From: Fidelibacterota bacterium
Lineage (GTDB): Bacteria; Fidelibacterota; UBA8477; JABMPR01
Length of the DNA stretch: 64,000 nt
Assembly (NCBI GenBank): GCA_016784545.1
Contig: JADHUM010000006.1
Span: 2,142-66,141, forward strand
Direction of reading: 5' to 3'
Part shown: piece by piece, positions 1 through 9,442 of the stretch
Position numbering within the stretch: the stretch's first letter is position 1
Layout: every line of letters starts with the position of its first letter
Notes under the pieces: model-generated
What the model was told of the DNA's origin: nothing
The model's input: only the letters and a program-made list of their open reading frames with translations
Databases searched by the model: none
Program-made: the position numbers and the translations under genes

Positions 1-1192
1 TCAATGCGATTCCTCGTGATTCAGCCACTGATTTAGCATTGATGAGATTGATAACACCGTCAAAACGATCGTGCATGATCCCTTCAAAAGCAGAATACAG
101 CAAAGGTTTGATGTGCTTAGAGTCACCATTGTAACTGAGTCTAATAGATTTTATCCCGGCCTTGTGCAATGGGTGCTGTAAACTGCCCAATTTATATGCC
201 AATTCCAGCGAGCCACCTATGGTTTTCAAAATACTCATATCGGATATGGGTAAGTTAATGGTATTGCTTAACTGACCACTAATGAGGTAATCTTTGAGTT
301 GGGTGGCTACTTGAACTGCAACATTCTCTCCAGCTTCACGGGTACTTGCCCCCAGGTGGGGAGTCAGAACAATATTGTTGGCAGTTACAAGTGGGTTATC
401 CACAGCAGGCTCACTTGTGTAGACATCGACGGCGGCACCGGCAATGATGCCTTCATTTAGTGCGGCTGCCAGATCACCCTCGTTTACCAGGCCTCCACGG
501 GCACAATTGATTATGGTTGCTGATGATTTCATTTTCTTCAGCTCAGGTGTGCTGATCAAATTTAGAGTATCCTCGGTACGAGGCAAGTGAAGTGAAATCA
601 CATCAGAACCCACCAGGACATCTTCAAGGCTCTTCACCTCAATATCTTTGACAACCAGCTGATCCTGAGCGACATAGGGATCATAACCGATCACCTTCAT
701 TTGCAGACCCAGTGCCCGGCGAGCGACTTCCTGACCGATTCGGCCCAGACCTATCAATCCCAGCGTTTTCCCCTTTAACTCGGTACCAACCAGCGTTTTA
801 CGATCCCATCTACCAGCTTTCATCGAACTATCTCCAGCTGGGATGTTTCTGGCCAGTGACATCATCAAAGCTATTGTATGTTCTGCTGCGGAGACAGTAT
901 TGCCTCCCGGGGTATTCATAACAACAACCCCATGGGAAGTCGCTGCAGCAATATCAATATTGTCCACTCCCACACCAGCCCGGCCAATTGCCTTGAGAGA
1001 GCTGGCTTTGCTGAGCGCTTCAGCACCAATTTTTGTACCGCTACGGATAATCCAGCCCTCTACTTCTGGTAGAGCGACCTTCATTTTTTCTGCATCCTGG
1101 TCCAGGATTTCTATCACTTCAAGCCCTGCATTTTTCAGGACTTCGATACCAGCAGGTGAAAGGGGGTCAGTAATCAGAATTTTTTTTGTCAT
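1..1192 (-). CDS. serA: D-3-phosphoglycerate dehydrogenase (C-terminus beyond the left edge; absent from the ORF track)
   Basis: Manual translation from ATG at 1192 (ATGA overlap with the upstream stop): MTKKILITDPLSPAGIEVL...IIRSGTKI...AIGRAGVGVDNIDIAAAT...VMNTPGGNTVSAAEHTIALM...GKTLGLIGLGRIGQEVA; same frame at the left edge (..INLINAKSVAESRGIAL). Confidence 0.95.
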   Translation of the reverse strand, partial: MTKKILITDPLSPAGIEVLKNAGLEVIEILDQDAEKMKVALPEVEGWIIRSGTKIGAEALSKASSLKAIGRAGVGVDNIDIAAATSHGVVVMNTPGGNTVSAAEHTIALMMSLARNIPAGDSSMKAGRWDRKTLVGTELKGKTLGLIGLGRIGQEVARRALGLQMKVIGYDPYVAQDQLVVKDIEVKSLEDVLVGSDVISLHLPRTEDTLNLISTPELKKMKSSATIINCARGGLVNEGDLAAALNEGIIAGAAVDVYTSEPAVDNPLVTANNIVLTPHLGASTREAGENVAVQVATQLKDYLISGQLSNTINLPISDMSILKTIGGSLELAYKLGSLQHPLHKAGIKSIRLSYNGDSKHIKPLLYSAFEGIMHDRFDGVINLINAKSVAESRGIAL

Positions 1193-2262
1193 AGTGCTTC
1201 TATAACCTCATCCAGTACACCGAGTACATCGTTAATATCTTCCATTCGCAGATCTCCCATGTGGGCCAGCCTGAAGGTTTTCCCCTTCAAATCACCATAT
1301 CCACCTGAGATGAGATAATTCCTTGATTTCATTTCAGTAGCAAGTGCAATCAAGTCGATCCCTGCGTTATTGCCAAAACAGGTTAGGGTATCAGATTCAT
1401 AACCTGGCTGGGCAAAGAGTCCAAACCGATCTATACCCCACTCACGTACTCTTTCGGCCATTTCTTTATGTCGTGCGAACCTATTCTCCAATCCTTCAGC
1501 TATAATTCTGTCTAATTGTTTGGAGAGGCCGTACAAATGTGGGATACTGGGTGTAACCATGGTCTCTGACTTTTCACCAGCTTTGTGCATTCTTACAAAA
1601 TCAAAATAATAACCCTTTTGAGAGTCAGCGATCGAACGACTACGCTCAAGCGCCCTGTCAGAAAGGGAAGTAACTGCAAAACCAGGTGGCAATGCCCAGG
1701 CTTTTTGAACACTTGCCAGTGCCATATCAATACCCCACTCGTCAACTTTTATAGGAGACCCCATCATTCCACTTACTGCATCAACCATGAGCAGGACATC
1801 TGGATATTTTTTAACGACTTCACCAATTTCCTGCAGGGGATTCATTACACCAGTAGAGGTCTCATTGAAAACCACTGTGACCAGATCATAGTTACCTTTT
1901 GCGAGAACCCTATCAACAAAATCTGCAGTGATTGCTTGACCCCAGTCCACTTCAAATACATCCTGATCCAGACCACAGATTTTAGTGATATCTGCCTGTT
2001 TCTTTGAAAAAGCGCCACAAACAAAGTTAGCAACCTTACGATTGCTTAGATTACGGACACCGGCTTCCATCAAACCAGTTGCTGAACTGGTGGAAACTAA
2101 AACGGACTGATTGGTGTATAAACACTCCTTAATTCCTGATACGACCTTGGACTGTAACTCTCGATAGTCAGATGTCCTGTGGCCAATGGGATATTGCGCC
2201 ATTGAATCAAGCACATCCTGTTCCACATGGGTTGGTCCCGGAATAAACAATTTTGGTTTCAT
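1189..2262 (-). CDS. Class V PLP-dependent aminotransferase (serine-pyruvate/alanine-glyoxylate type); probable phosphoserine aminotransferase by context
   Basis: N-terminal LFIPGPT, VFNETSTGV, LMVDAVSG, PLP-lysine motif SVQKAWALPPG, C-terminal FRLAHMG; translationally coupled to serA. Confidence 0.85.
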   Translation of the reverse strand: MKPKLFIPGPTHVEQDVLDSMAQYPIGHRTSDYRELQSKVVSGIKECLYTNQSVLVSTSSATGLMEAGVRNLSNRKVANFVCGAFSKKQADITKICGLDQDVFEVDWGQAITADFVDRVLAKGNYDLVTVVFNETSTGVMNPLQEIGEVVKKYPDVLLMVDAVSGMMGSPIKVDEWGIDMALASVQKAWALPPGFAVTSLSDRALERSRSIADSQKGYYFDFVRMHKAGEKSETMVTPSIPHLYGLSKQLDRIIAEGLENRFARHKEMAERVREWGIDRFGLFAQPGYESDTLTCFGNNAGIDLIALATEMKSRNYLISGGYGDLKGKTFRLAHMGDLRMEDINDVLGVLDEVIEAL

Positions 2263-2268
2263 GCCTCT

Positions 2269-3552
2269 CTAGTCCTCCAATTCTCTAAAAACAATGCCCG
2301 TTGGTAGTTTTGGAAAGAAATAGGTACTTTTCTGTGGAAGTCGAAGACCTCGTCCCCCTATCTCAAATAAAATATTGTTGTCAGGATAATTCATAATCCA
2401 GCCGACCTGACTCCCGGAGCGCAGGGCTTCCCAATAGCTATCAATATCCCTGTGGTATTCGATATAACGATGAAGTTCAAGATCCTCATCTGTCAGATGG
2501 AGGATGCCCTTTAGAACGATTTCTTCCAGGATTACTGTATCCATCTCTGCCAGGATAGGGTCTTCCAGGCGATGGCGAAGATCGTTATAGGCTTCATCTT
2601 TTAGTCTGAGGGCAATGGGGTTCCCCTCATCATTGGCCATAATGAGAGTACGATGGTCGTGGCCTAATTCAATATCTTCCATATCCATCTTAAGAATCTC
2701 AAAGTAATCGAACAATTTGTCCATAAGGATCTGATATGAGAAATCTGGCAAGCCTCTTAAGGTGCGGTGGGTAGGATAAACTTTTAATCCCTTATCTTGC
2801 GAACATGAGAAATACCCCATGATATAATTCGCATCTATCTCTGAAAAACCAGTTTCATCCAGGCGCTGTTTCTGATATTGTCGAAGTGTTTCATATCGAT
2901 GATGTCCATCTGCAATGAAGACGGGCTTGTTATCCATCATTTCCTGGACTTCTGCTATGACATCCTCATCTTCAATCAAATAACAGATATTTTCCACACC
3001 GGTGGCTTCGTTCCGGCCATCCAGCTTAAGTACTGCTTTAGGCAGTGATTCATCCAGCAGCTTAATGATTTTATTATCTTCATCCTGGTAGGTGAAAAAA
3101 ATCTGAGAAAAATTGGTTTTTGTAACCGTGGTTAATCTGAGTCTGTCTTTAATAGCACCAGCATGAGTTTTTTCATGCGCTCTCACCGTATCAGCCCCAT
3201 AGGGAGCCAGTGGCATGAGTGCAATGAAGCCTTTCCGGAGATGCTGCTCACCGTCTGGACCCGTGAAAAACTGGTGCAGAAAGAACAGTCCAGGTTGCTC
3301 GCGTTTGCACAAAGTGGCATCGTCATGCCACTGCTTCATCAGATCCCGAGTTCCTTCATAGAATTCATCTTCAAAATAGTCACCTTTTTTTTCATCACCC
3401 AAGATGAGACGAGCACAGTTGAACCGTGACCTGGACAGGAAAAATCGTCTTTCTTGAGGTGAGATTACATCATAAGGGGGGGCTATTACATCAGATAGAT
3501 TCGGAAATTTTTCAGGGTTATAAATCGTCCCGCAAAAGGGAAGGATAGACAT
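2269..3552 (-). CDS. DUF1015 family protein
   Basis: APPYDVIS, HEKTH, IADGHHRYET and terminal PQKSTYFFPKLPTG motifs; RBS GAGGTG upstream of ATG. Confidence 0.88.
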   Translation of the reverse strand: MSILPFCGTIYNPEKFPNLSDVIAPPYDVISPQERRFFLSRSRFNCARLILGDEKKGDYFEDEFYEGTRDLMKQWHDDATLCKREQPGLFFLHQFFTGPDGEQHLRKGFIALMPLAPYGADTVRAHEKTHAGAIKDRLRLTTVTKTNFSQIFFTYQDEDNKIIKLLDESLPKAVLKLDGRNEATGVENICYLIEDEDVIAEVQEMMDNKPVFIADGHHRYETLRQYQKQRLDETGFSEIDANYIMGYFSCSQDKGLKVYPTHRTLRGLPDFSYQILMDKLFDYFEILKMDMEDIELGHDHRTLIMANDEGNPIALRLKDEAYNDLRHRLEDPILAEMDTVILEEIVLKGILHLTDEDLELHRYIEYHRDIDSYWEALRSGSQVGWIMNYPDNNILFEIGGRGLRLPQKSTYFFPKLPTGIVFRELED

Positions 3553-3942
3553 ATTATCACCTCTATAAGAATCAGTCTATATGCGTACCAACTAAAAAAA
3601 GTTGCGTACACTTGGCTTCCAATAATCCGACTTCGCTCTTTTCGAGCTCCGTCGCGATTATCCGCGAACCGCTATCTAAAAATCGCGTCGAGTCAGTATA
3701 TTCAGACTTGCTTATCCCTGAAAAACCTGGGGATATTCTGCGAAGGCGGATAAATACCGACAACATGGCGGAAAATTTAGACGCTCCTCAACAGTTCACA
3801 ACCAAGGAATGGGCAATTATTAAAATATTTAACCGAAACAAGATAAACGCATGAAATTTTTAGCTGCAGTCCCTTGATTTATTAGGCAGAGCCGAGCCAT
3901 CAAAACGTTTCATCGCCATAGGGTACTGAATATATTCACGCG

Positions 3943-5226
3943 ATGAATATTGTAGCTATTACTCCGAAAACACCTGCTGAAGCCATGGGTATTCAGGTGG
4001 GTGATAATTTGTTATCCATAAATGATCGCAACATATCTGATGAGATAGATTATGCGTTTTATTCAGCTGATGAAGATCTCAAAATAAAAATTCTTAGGGC
4101 TGGGATCTCTCAAGAAATAAATATTAGAAAAAGCCTGGATGAGGAACTCGGAATCATAGTTGAACCGATGAAAATCAGGTCCTGTGCTAACAATTGTGTG
4201 TTCTGCTTTGCACATCAAAATCCTCCTGGCGTCAGAGAAGCTTTGAATTTCAAGGATGGTGATTTCCGATTCAGCTTTTTACATGGACATTATATTACCA
4301 TGACCAACATGGGTCCCAAACAGCTTGAACGGGTCATTGAGCAACAACTTAGTCCCCTTTATATAAGTGTCCACGTAACTGACCCTGAGACACGGCGCAA
4401 AATGCTGCTCTATGGCAAAGATGATAAACTCACGGAAAAACTTGAATACCTCACAGCCAACCGGATTCAGCTACATACTCAAATCGTACTTTGTCCAGGC
4501 TGGAATGATGGTGACATACTCCTCCAGACCATAAATGATCTCATCAAAATGGCACCAGGTGTACAATCCATTTCAATTGTTCCTGTGGGCTTGACAAAAT
4601 ACCGGGACAATGAACCTGATCTGACTTCGTATACGCCAGAAACAGCAAAAGCCTTCATTGAATGGTTTGAAATTGAGCAGAAAAAATTCGATGTTCCAGG
4701 ATTCCATAACTTTGTACTCCTCAGTGATGAGTTTTTTATCCTCGCTGGCTTGCCCATCCCAGATGATAGTTACTATGGTGACTTTTCCATGGTGGAGAAT
4801 GGTGTGGGTCAATGCCGAGATTTCGCAAACCGATTTAATGCCAGTATTCCCATGTTGCCACCAACTTTGAAAAAGCCAACGCGCCTGGTTTTTGCAACGG
4901 GTATTCTCGGCTATCCCTTTCTTAAGGGAACGATTACCCCGACCCTTGATACCATCGAAAATCTGGACTATGAAATAGTCCCCATTCTGAATGAATGGCT
5001 GGGAGCTGATACTGTCACAGTGACAGGCTTGGTTCCAGCTAGAGATCTGGTCACCCAGTTGATGGATAAAGTGGATGCAGATGCTGTCTATCTCTCCTAT
5101 CGCATGTTTAGCGAAGATGGAATCACACTGGATGACCACACACGTGAAGATATTGAAAAGAAACTGGGTGTACCTGTGTATATCCACCATGAAGATATGC
5201 TGGAGATACTGAGCCCATGGAGCTAA
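3943..5226 (+). CDS. DUF512 family PDZ + radical-SAM-like Fe-S protein
   Basis: N-terminal PDZ-like segment (TPAEAMGIQVGDNLLSIND), CxxxCxxC motif (CANNCVFC), LYISVHVTDP, QIVLCPGWNDG, ENGVG; overlaps der. Confidence 0.88.
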   Translation: MNIVAITPKTPAEAMGIQVGDNLLSINDRNISDEIDYAFYSADEDLKIKILRAGISQEINIRKSLDEELGIIVEPMKIRSCANNCVFCFAHQNPPGVREALNFKDGDFRFSFLHGHYITMTNMGPKQLERVIEQQLSPLYISVHVTDPETRRKMLLYGKDDKLTEKLEYLTANRIQLHTQIVLCPGWNDGDILLQTINDLIKMAPGVQSISIVPVGLTKYRDNEPDLTSYTPETAKAFIEWFEIEQKKFDVPGFHNFVLLSDEFFILAGLPIPDDSYYGDFSMVENGVGQCRDFANRFNASIPMLPPTLKKPTRLVFATGILGYPFLKGTITPTLDTIENLDYEIVPILNEWLGADTVTVTGLVPARDLVTQLMDKVDADAVYLSYRMFSEDGITLDDHTREDIEKKLGVPVYIHHEDMLEILSPWS

Positions 5227-6536
5227 GATTACCCGTTGTTGCCATTGTCGGACGACCCAATGTGGGCAAGTCCACACTTTTCAACAGGATTGTTGGAAAA
5301 CGTTTATCAATCGTTCATGAGCAGGAAGGGGTCACACGTGACCGGGTTGCTGTGGAAACGGACTGGGCAGGACACTCCTTCTTTCTGGTAGATACTGGTG
5401 GATATATTCCCAGTAGCGAAAATATCATTGATAAAGAAGTTCGTAAGCAAGCCATTATGGCCATAGAGGAAGCTGATGTCATCATGCTCATGGTTGATAG
5501 CGTCGTAGGCATCACCTGGGAAGATGAAGAAATTGTCAAAAAAGCAAAAAGATCCAAGAAACCATTGGTTCTTCTTGCCAATAAAGCTGATAACGCATTC
5601 ATCGAAACTCAGGCTCATATCTTTTACCAATTAGGAATTGGTGAAGTCTTTCCTGTGAGTGCTCTGAATGGTAGAAGTATTGGTGATGCGCTGGATAAAG
5701 TCGTTTCCACCTTTGGTGAGATTCGAATTGAAGATACCGTTGATGAGAATGTGATTCGTTTCGCTATCGTTGGGATGCCCAATGCAGGAAAATCCAGCCT
5801 GACAAATGCACTCCTGGGTGTGGACCGACAAATCGTCACCGATATACCTGGTACGACCCGAGATTCAATCAATACCACCTTTAATTATTTTGGACAATCC
5901 TATGAAATGATTGACACGGCAGGTTTGCGTCGGAAGGCCAAGGTCACTGATTCAATCGAGTATTATAGTACGATCAGAACCCAGCAAGCCATCAAGAGCT
6001 CTCATGTCGTTATTGTTTTAATCGATGCTGAGAAAGGGTTCGTATCCCATGACGCCAGGGTTATGGAAGAAGTTCTCGCTGCCGGGAAAGGTCTCATCGT
6101 AGGGGTCAACAAGTGGGATCTCATTGAAAAAGAAACCAATACCATGCGTGATTTCAAGCAAGGTCTCATTGATGATATGTTTGAATTAAGGCACTACCCC
6201 ATCCAGTTTATTTCCACCCTGGAAAGAAAACGGATATTCAAATTGGTTGATCTGGTCAAAAAAATTCACGAAGAGCAGCAAAAGCGTATTCAAACCAGAC
6301 AATTAAACCTGTTCCTCGAGGATGCCGTGGCAAGGCTGCAACCGGCTTCTCCTCACGGGAAAGAAATAAAATTGAACTATTGCTCCCAGGTCGCAGTTGA
6401 ACCACCTGTGATCGTTATTTTTACAAATTACCCGGATTTGATCAAAACAGCCTACAAACGGTATATTGAAAATCGCTTCCGTGAGCAGTTTGGGTTTGAA
6501 GGTGTCCCCATTCGGATCGCATTCCGGAAAAAATAG
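5217..6536 (+). CDS. der: Ribosome biogenesis GTPase Der (EngA)
   Basis: Two G domains (GRPNVGKS/DTGG/NKAD and GMPNAGKS/DTAG/NKWD) and a KH-like C-terminus ending FGFEGVPIRI. Confidence 0.97.
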   Translation: MELRLPVVAIVGRPNVGKSTLFNRIVGKRLSIVHEQEGVTRDRVAVETDWAGHSFFLVDTGGYIPSSENIIDKEVRKQAIMAIEEADVIMLMVDSVVGITWEDEEIVKKAKRSKKPLVLLANKADNAFIETQAHIFYQLGIGEVFPVSALNGRSIGDALDKVVSTFGEIRIEDTVDENVIRFAIVGMPNAGKSSLTNALLGVDRQIVTDIPGTTRDSINTTFNYFGQSYEMIDTAGLRRKAKVTDSIEYYSTIRTQQAIKSSHVVIVLIDAEKGFVSHDARVMEEVLAAGKGLIVGVNKWDLIEKETNTMRDFKQGLIDDMFELRHYPIQFISTLERKRIFKLVDLVKKIHEEQQKRIQTRQLNLFLEDAVARLQPASPHGKEIKLNYCSQVAVEPPVIVIFTNYPDLIKTAYKRYIENRFREQFGFEGVPIRIAFRKK

Positions 6537-6539
6537 TCA

Positions 6540-8114
6540 ATGCGGTATCTTTTAACTATCATCCTCTTGCTGTCCAGCGCATTGGGACAAGCAGAGCTAG
6601 CATATAAATGCGGATTTGCATCTATACCTCACGCTGAAACCCATGTCACCAGGAGCGGTGACAGGGATATCCCTCAATTTGATGAATCCCTCCTGGATGA
6701 GTCCATTGTCAGCCCTGCGGGTCACTTTCGAGTACATTTTACGAGGACGGGCGAAAACGCCGTGGCAAATGAAGGCATGTCGGGTACACCCAATTATGTC
6801 CTGGAAGCAGCCCTGGCAGCGGACTCGGCCTATACGGTTCTGGTGAACAACCTGGGTTTCCTCCCTCCTCTCCCTGATAACGGCATAGATGGCGACGAGT
6901 TGGATGTGTATATTCGGGATTGGAATGGGACCTTTTATGGAATGACCTACTTTGGAAATTCAGCACCATCCATGACATATCTTGTCATTGACAACGATTA
7001 CACGGAGAGCAGTTATGCCACAAGTGGACTTGCTGCCTTGCGTGTTACCATTGCCCATGAATTTTTCCACATGGTTCAGTTGAGATATGCTTACCCCTTT
7101 GAACCAGTATCTTCCAATGCCTACTGGTATGAAATTTCCAGTACCTGGATGGAGGAAAAGTGCTATCCCGAAGTGGATGATTATCATGCTTATGTGGCTG
7201 ACAATTTCAGGCAGTCAAGTTTCCCAAATCTCAATGATGATAGATACGGATTTGCATTCTCCTATGGCCATGGTCTTTTCGGTCAAATACTTGACCTGGA
7301 ATATGGTAAATCAGGTGGAAAGCATATCATGCTGGATATCTGGGAAGAATTATCGGGCAGGGAAGCCACTGATAACCTGGATCAGGTATTGAGCTCACCT
7401 GCATGGGGTTCAAGTTTGACACAGGCCCTTGGGAAATACGCCCTGTATAATGTATTCACGGGCTCCAGATCGGTCACAAACGAGTATTATCCTGACGCGC
7501 TTGATTTGCCCGAAGTGAGCATGCATGAATATGAACTTCCACAGATTTTTCCGGATACCATGGGGGTGGTTTTGCAGCCCTTTGAGATCGCCTATAAAAA
7601 ATTTAGCATCCCAACGTATTCTGATTTTCATATTCGAAGTAGCGATATGGGCAGCAAGCAAATAGCTTATCTCACCTATCATGGATTTGAGGATGGTTCT
7701 TCCCTAAAGAGCGCACTTGGTGACTATTGGGTGGCTTTTACCAATGTAAGCAGTCAAGATTATATCGTTCTACCAATCGTCAATGGTAATAGGGATGCCG
7801 GCACTACATTTACCCTCAGGTTTGAGGGGAGTACCTTGCCCTTAAAAAATATTATTCAACTCCTGTGGCCCAACCCGAGTATCCCCAGTTTGGTACAACC
7901 GAAATTGAGTTACATGATCGCCGAACCAGGTTGGGTTGAGCTAAAAATATTCAATATCTTTGGACAACTCGTATCAACTGACCGACAGCAACGTTCCGAG
8001 GGGTTGAAAGTGGTTGAGCTACAGGTCCCTGCAAGCAGCCCTGCAGGTCTCTATTTTGTCCAGATCGTGACAGATAATGCGGTGATGACCAGAAAATTTA
8101 CGGTATTGAGATGA
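6540..8114 (+). CDS. Secreted zinc metallopeptidase-like protein (MXAN_6640-like) with a T9SS-type C-terminal sorting-like domain
   Basis: Signal peptide, early KCG, SPAGHFRVHF, TIAHEFFHMVQ (HEXXH) with downstream WYEISSTWMEE, C-terminal WPNP...KIFNIFGQLV...AGLYFVQI...TRKFTVLR. Confidence 0.75.
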   Translation: MRYLLTIILLLSSALGQAELAYKCGFASIPHAETHVTRSGDRDIPQFDESLLDESIVSPAGHFRVHFTRTGENAVANEGMSGTPNYVLEAALAADSAYTVLVNNLGFLPPLPDNGIDGDELDVYIRDWNGTFYGMTYFGNSAPSMTYLVIDNDYTESSYATSGLAALRVTIAHEFFHMVQLRYAYPFEPVSSNAYWYEISSTWMEEKCYPEVDDYHAYVADNFRQSSFPNLNDDRYGFAFSYGHGLFGQILDLEYGKSGGKHIMLDIWEELSGREATDNLDQVLSSPAWGSSLTQALGKYALYNVFTGSRSVTNEYYPDALDLPEVSMHEYELPQIFPDTMGVVLQPFEIAYKKFSIPTYSDFHIRSSDMGSKQIAYLTYHGFEDGSSLKSALGDYWVAFTNVSSQDYIVLPIVNGNRDAGTTFTLRFEGSTLPLKNIIQLLWPNPSIPSLVQPKLSYMIAEPGWVELKIFNIFGQLVSTDRQQRSEGLKVVELQVPASSPAGLYFVQIVTDNAVMTRKFTVLR

Positions 8115-8743
8115 GCGAAGTAAGTTGGGTCCAACCCATAGAAGTTTGTCAGCACCAAACCAAAATAAAGGCTTCCAGATTTATTGCCGATATATTCCCT
8201 CTCAAAACTGAAGAGGAAGTTCAAATATTATTAACTGAGGTTACAAAACGCGAGTATACTGCCAATCATCATTGTTTTGCATGGCGCATGGGCGTTGGTG
8301 ACGAGGAAGTATGGCGTGTCAGTGATGATGGTGAGCCAGCTGGAACTGCTGGGAAACCTATTTATCAAACGCTGGTTGGAGCGAATCTGACCAACGTTCT
8401 GGCCGTGGTAACTCGATATTTTGGCGGCACCAAGTTGGGCAAGGGTGGTTTGATGCGGGCCTATAGTGGCGTTGTTCATGAAGCGCTTCCACTGTTGAAG
8501 AAAAGAACTTTTGTACCTAGAGTCTCGCTGGAGTGTGAATGTGATTTTGAACGTGCCAATCTGGTGTATCGACTGATTGAAACTTACGAAGCCAGACTAC
8601 TTGACCAGGATTATGCTGATAGCGTTAAAATTCGATTGAGGATTAAGAAAGATAAGGCTGATGCATTCTCATGGGATCTTCATGAACTTTCACAAGGACA
8701 GATCAAAGCCCACCCCTTCAATCCGGCACTGAATAATAAATAA
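8111..8743 (+). CDS. yigZ: YigZ/IMPACT family protein
   Basis: IKASRFIA, ANHHCFAWR, SDDGEPAGTAGKP, VVTRYFGGTKLGKGGLMRAY. Confidence 0.93.
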   Translation: MSEVSWVQPIEVCQHQTKIKASRFIADIFPLKTEEEVQILLTEVTKREYTANHHCFAWRMGVGDEEVWRVSDDGEPAGTAGKPIYQTLVGANLTNVLAVVTRYFGGTKLGKGGLMRAYSGVVHEALPLLKKRTFVPRVSLECECDFERANLVYRLIETYEARLLDQDYADSVKIRLRIKKDKADAFSWDLHELSQGQIKAHPFNPALNNK

Positions 8744-8759
8744 TCAATTTGATGTAGAT

Positions 8760-9257
8760 ATGGATCAAAGTACCAGAGGTATTTCCCTGTTGAACAACGA
8801 CTCCCATACATATTGGATGGAACAGGCGTTCAGAGAAGCAGAAAAAGCATTTGCCCGCAAGGAAGTCCCAGTTGGAGCTATTGTGGTTTTGAATAATCAG
8901 ATCATCGGCAAAGGCTACAACCAACGCGAATCCTTGAATGATCCGACTGCCCATGCTGAAATTCTGGCTATTACGGCAGCAGCCAATCACATTGGGGATT
9001 GGCGTTTGAAGGATGCAACCATCTACGTGACCCTTGAGCCCTGTCCCATGTGTGCTGGTGCCATTCTAAATGCAAGGATTCAGCGGGTGGTCTTTGGAGC
9101 TGATGACTTTGAGCATGGTGGATGCGGTGGAGCGGTTCAGTTGTGTTCAGGGAAATACCTGAATCACAAGGTTGACATTATTGGTGGCATTCTTGAGAAC
9201 AAATGCAAGGGCATTCTTGATAGTTTTTTTGCAGCGAGTCGTCAGCTAAAAAGATAG
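8760..9257 (+). CDS. tadA: tRNA adenosine(34) deaminase (true start may be a few codons downstream)
   Basis: EVPVGAIVV, DPTAHAE, TLEPCPMCAGA zinc-deaminase motifs. Confidence 0.92.
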   Translation: MDQSTRGISLLNNDSHTYWMEQAFREAEKAFARKEVPVGAIVVLNNQIIGKGYNQRESLNDPTAHAEILAITAAANHIGDWRLKDATIYVTLEPCPMCAGAILNARIQRVVFGADDFEHGGCGGAVQLCSGKYLNHKVDIIGGILENKCKGILDSFFAASRQLKR

Positions 9258-9378
9258 TGTGGCGGGCTTAAGGCGTTGTTGGCAACAACAGTGCATTTAT
9301 ATTGAGTCGTTCTTTTAATTGTAGTTTTTCGTCTCTGCCCTTTAGGGTGGAAGATTCGTTCTTTATAACGTACTACTT

Positions 9379-9409
9379 GTCCGCCTTCGCCTAAAGGCTT
9401 CGGCGGGAC
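9379..9409. repeat. REP-like GC-rich imperfect palindrome GTCCGCCTTCGCCTAAAGGCTTCGGCGGGAC
   Basis: Outer stem GTCCGCC/GGCGGGAC and inner stem GCC-TAAA-GGC separated by symmetric TTC loops. Confidence 0.6.
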
Positions 9410-9411
9410 TC

Positions 9412-9442
9412 GCAAAAGTTCATACGCAGTATGAACTTTTGC
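9412..9442. repeat. Perfect 14-bp inverted repeat just 5' of tRNA-Ser
   Basis: GCAAAAGTTCATAC-GCA-GTATGAACTTTTGC; ends 2 nt before the tRNA 5' end. Confidence 0.9.

Noticed and set aside
3612-3854. 80-aa plus-strand and 64-aa minus-strand (3572-3766) ORFs as genes
   Set aside because: No recognisable family and they overlap each other in a divergent promoter region; treated as possible RNA structure instead
4573-5277. 234-aa antisense ORF, and similar shadow ORFs such as 14214-14666, 29183-29641 and 34475-34981
   Set aside because: They lie opposite well-supported genes, show no recognisable motifs and are expected by-products of codon bias
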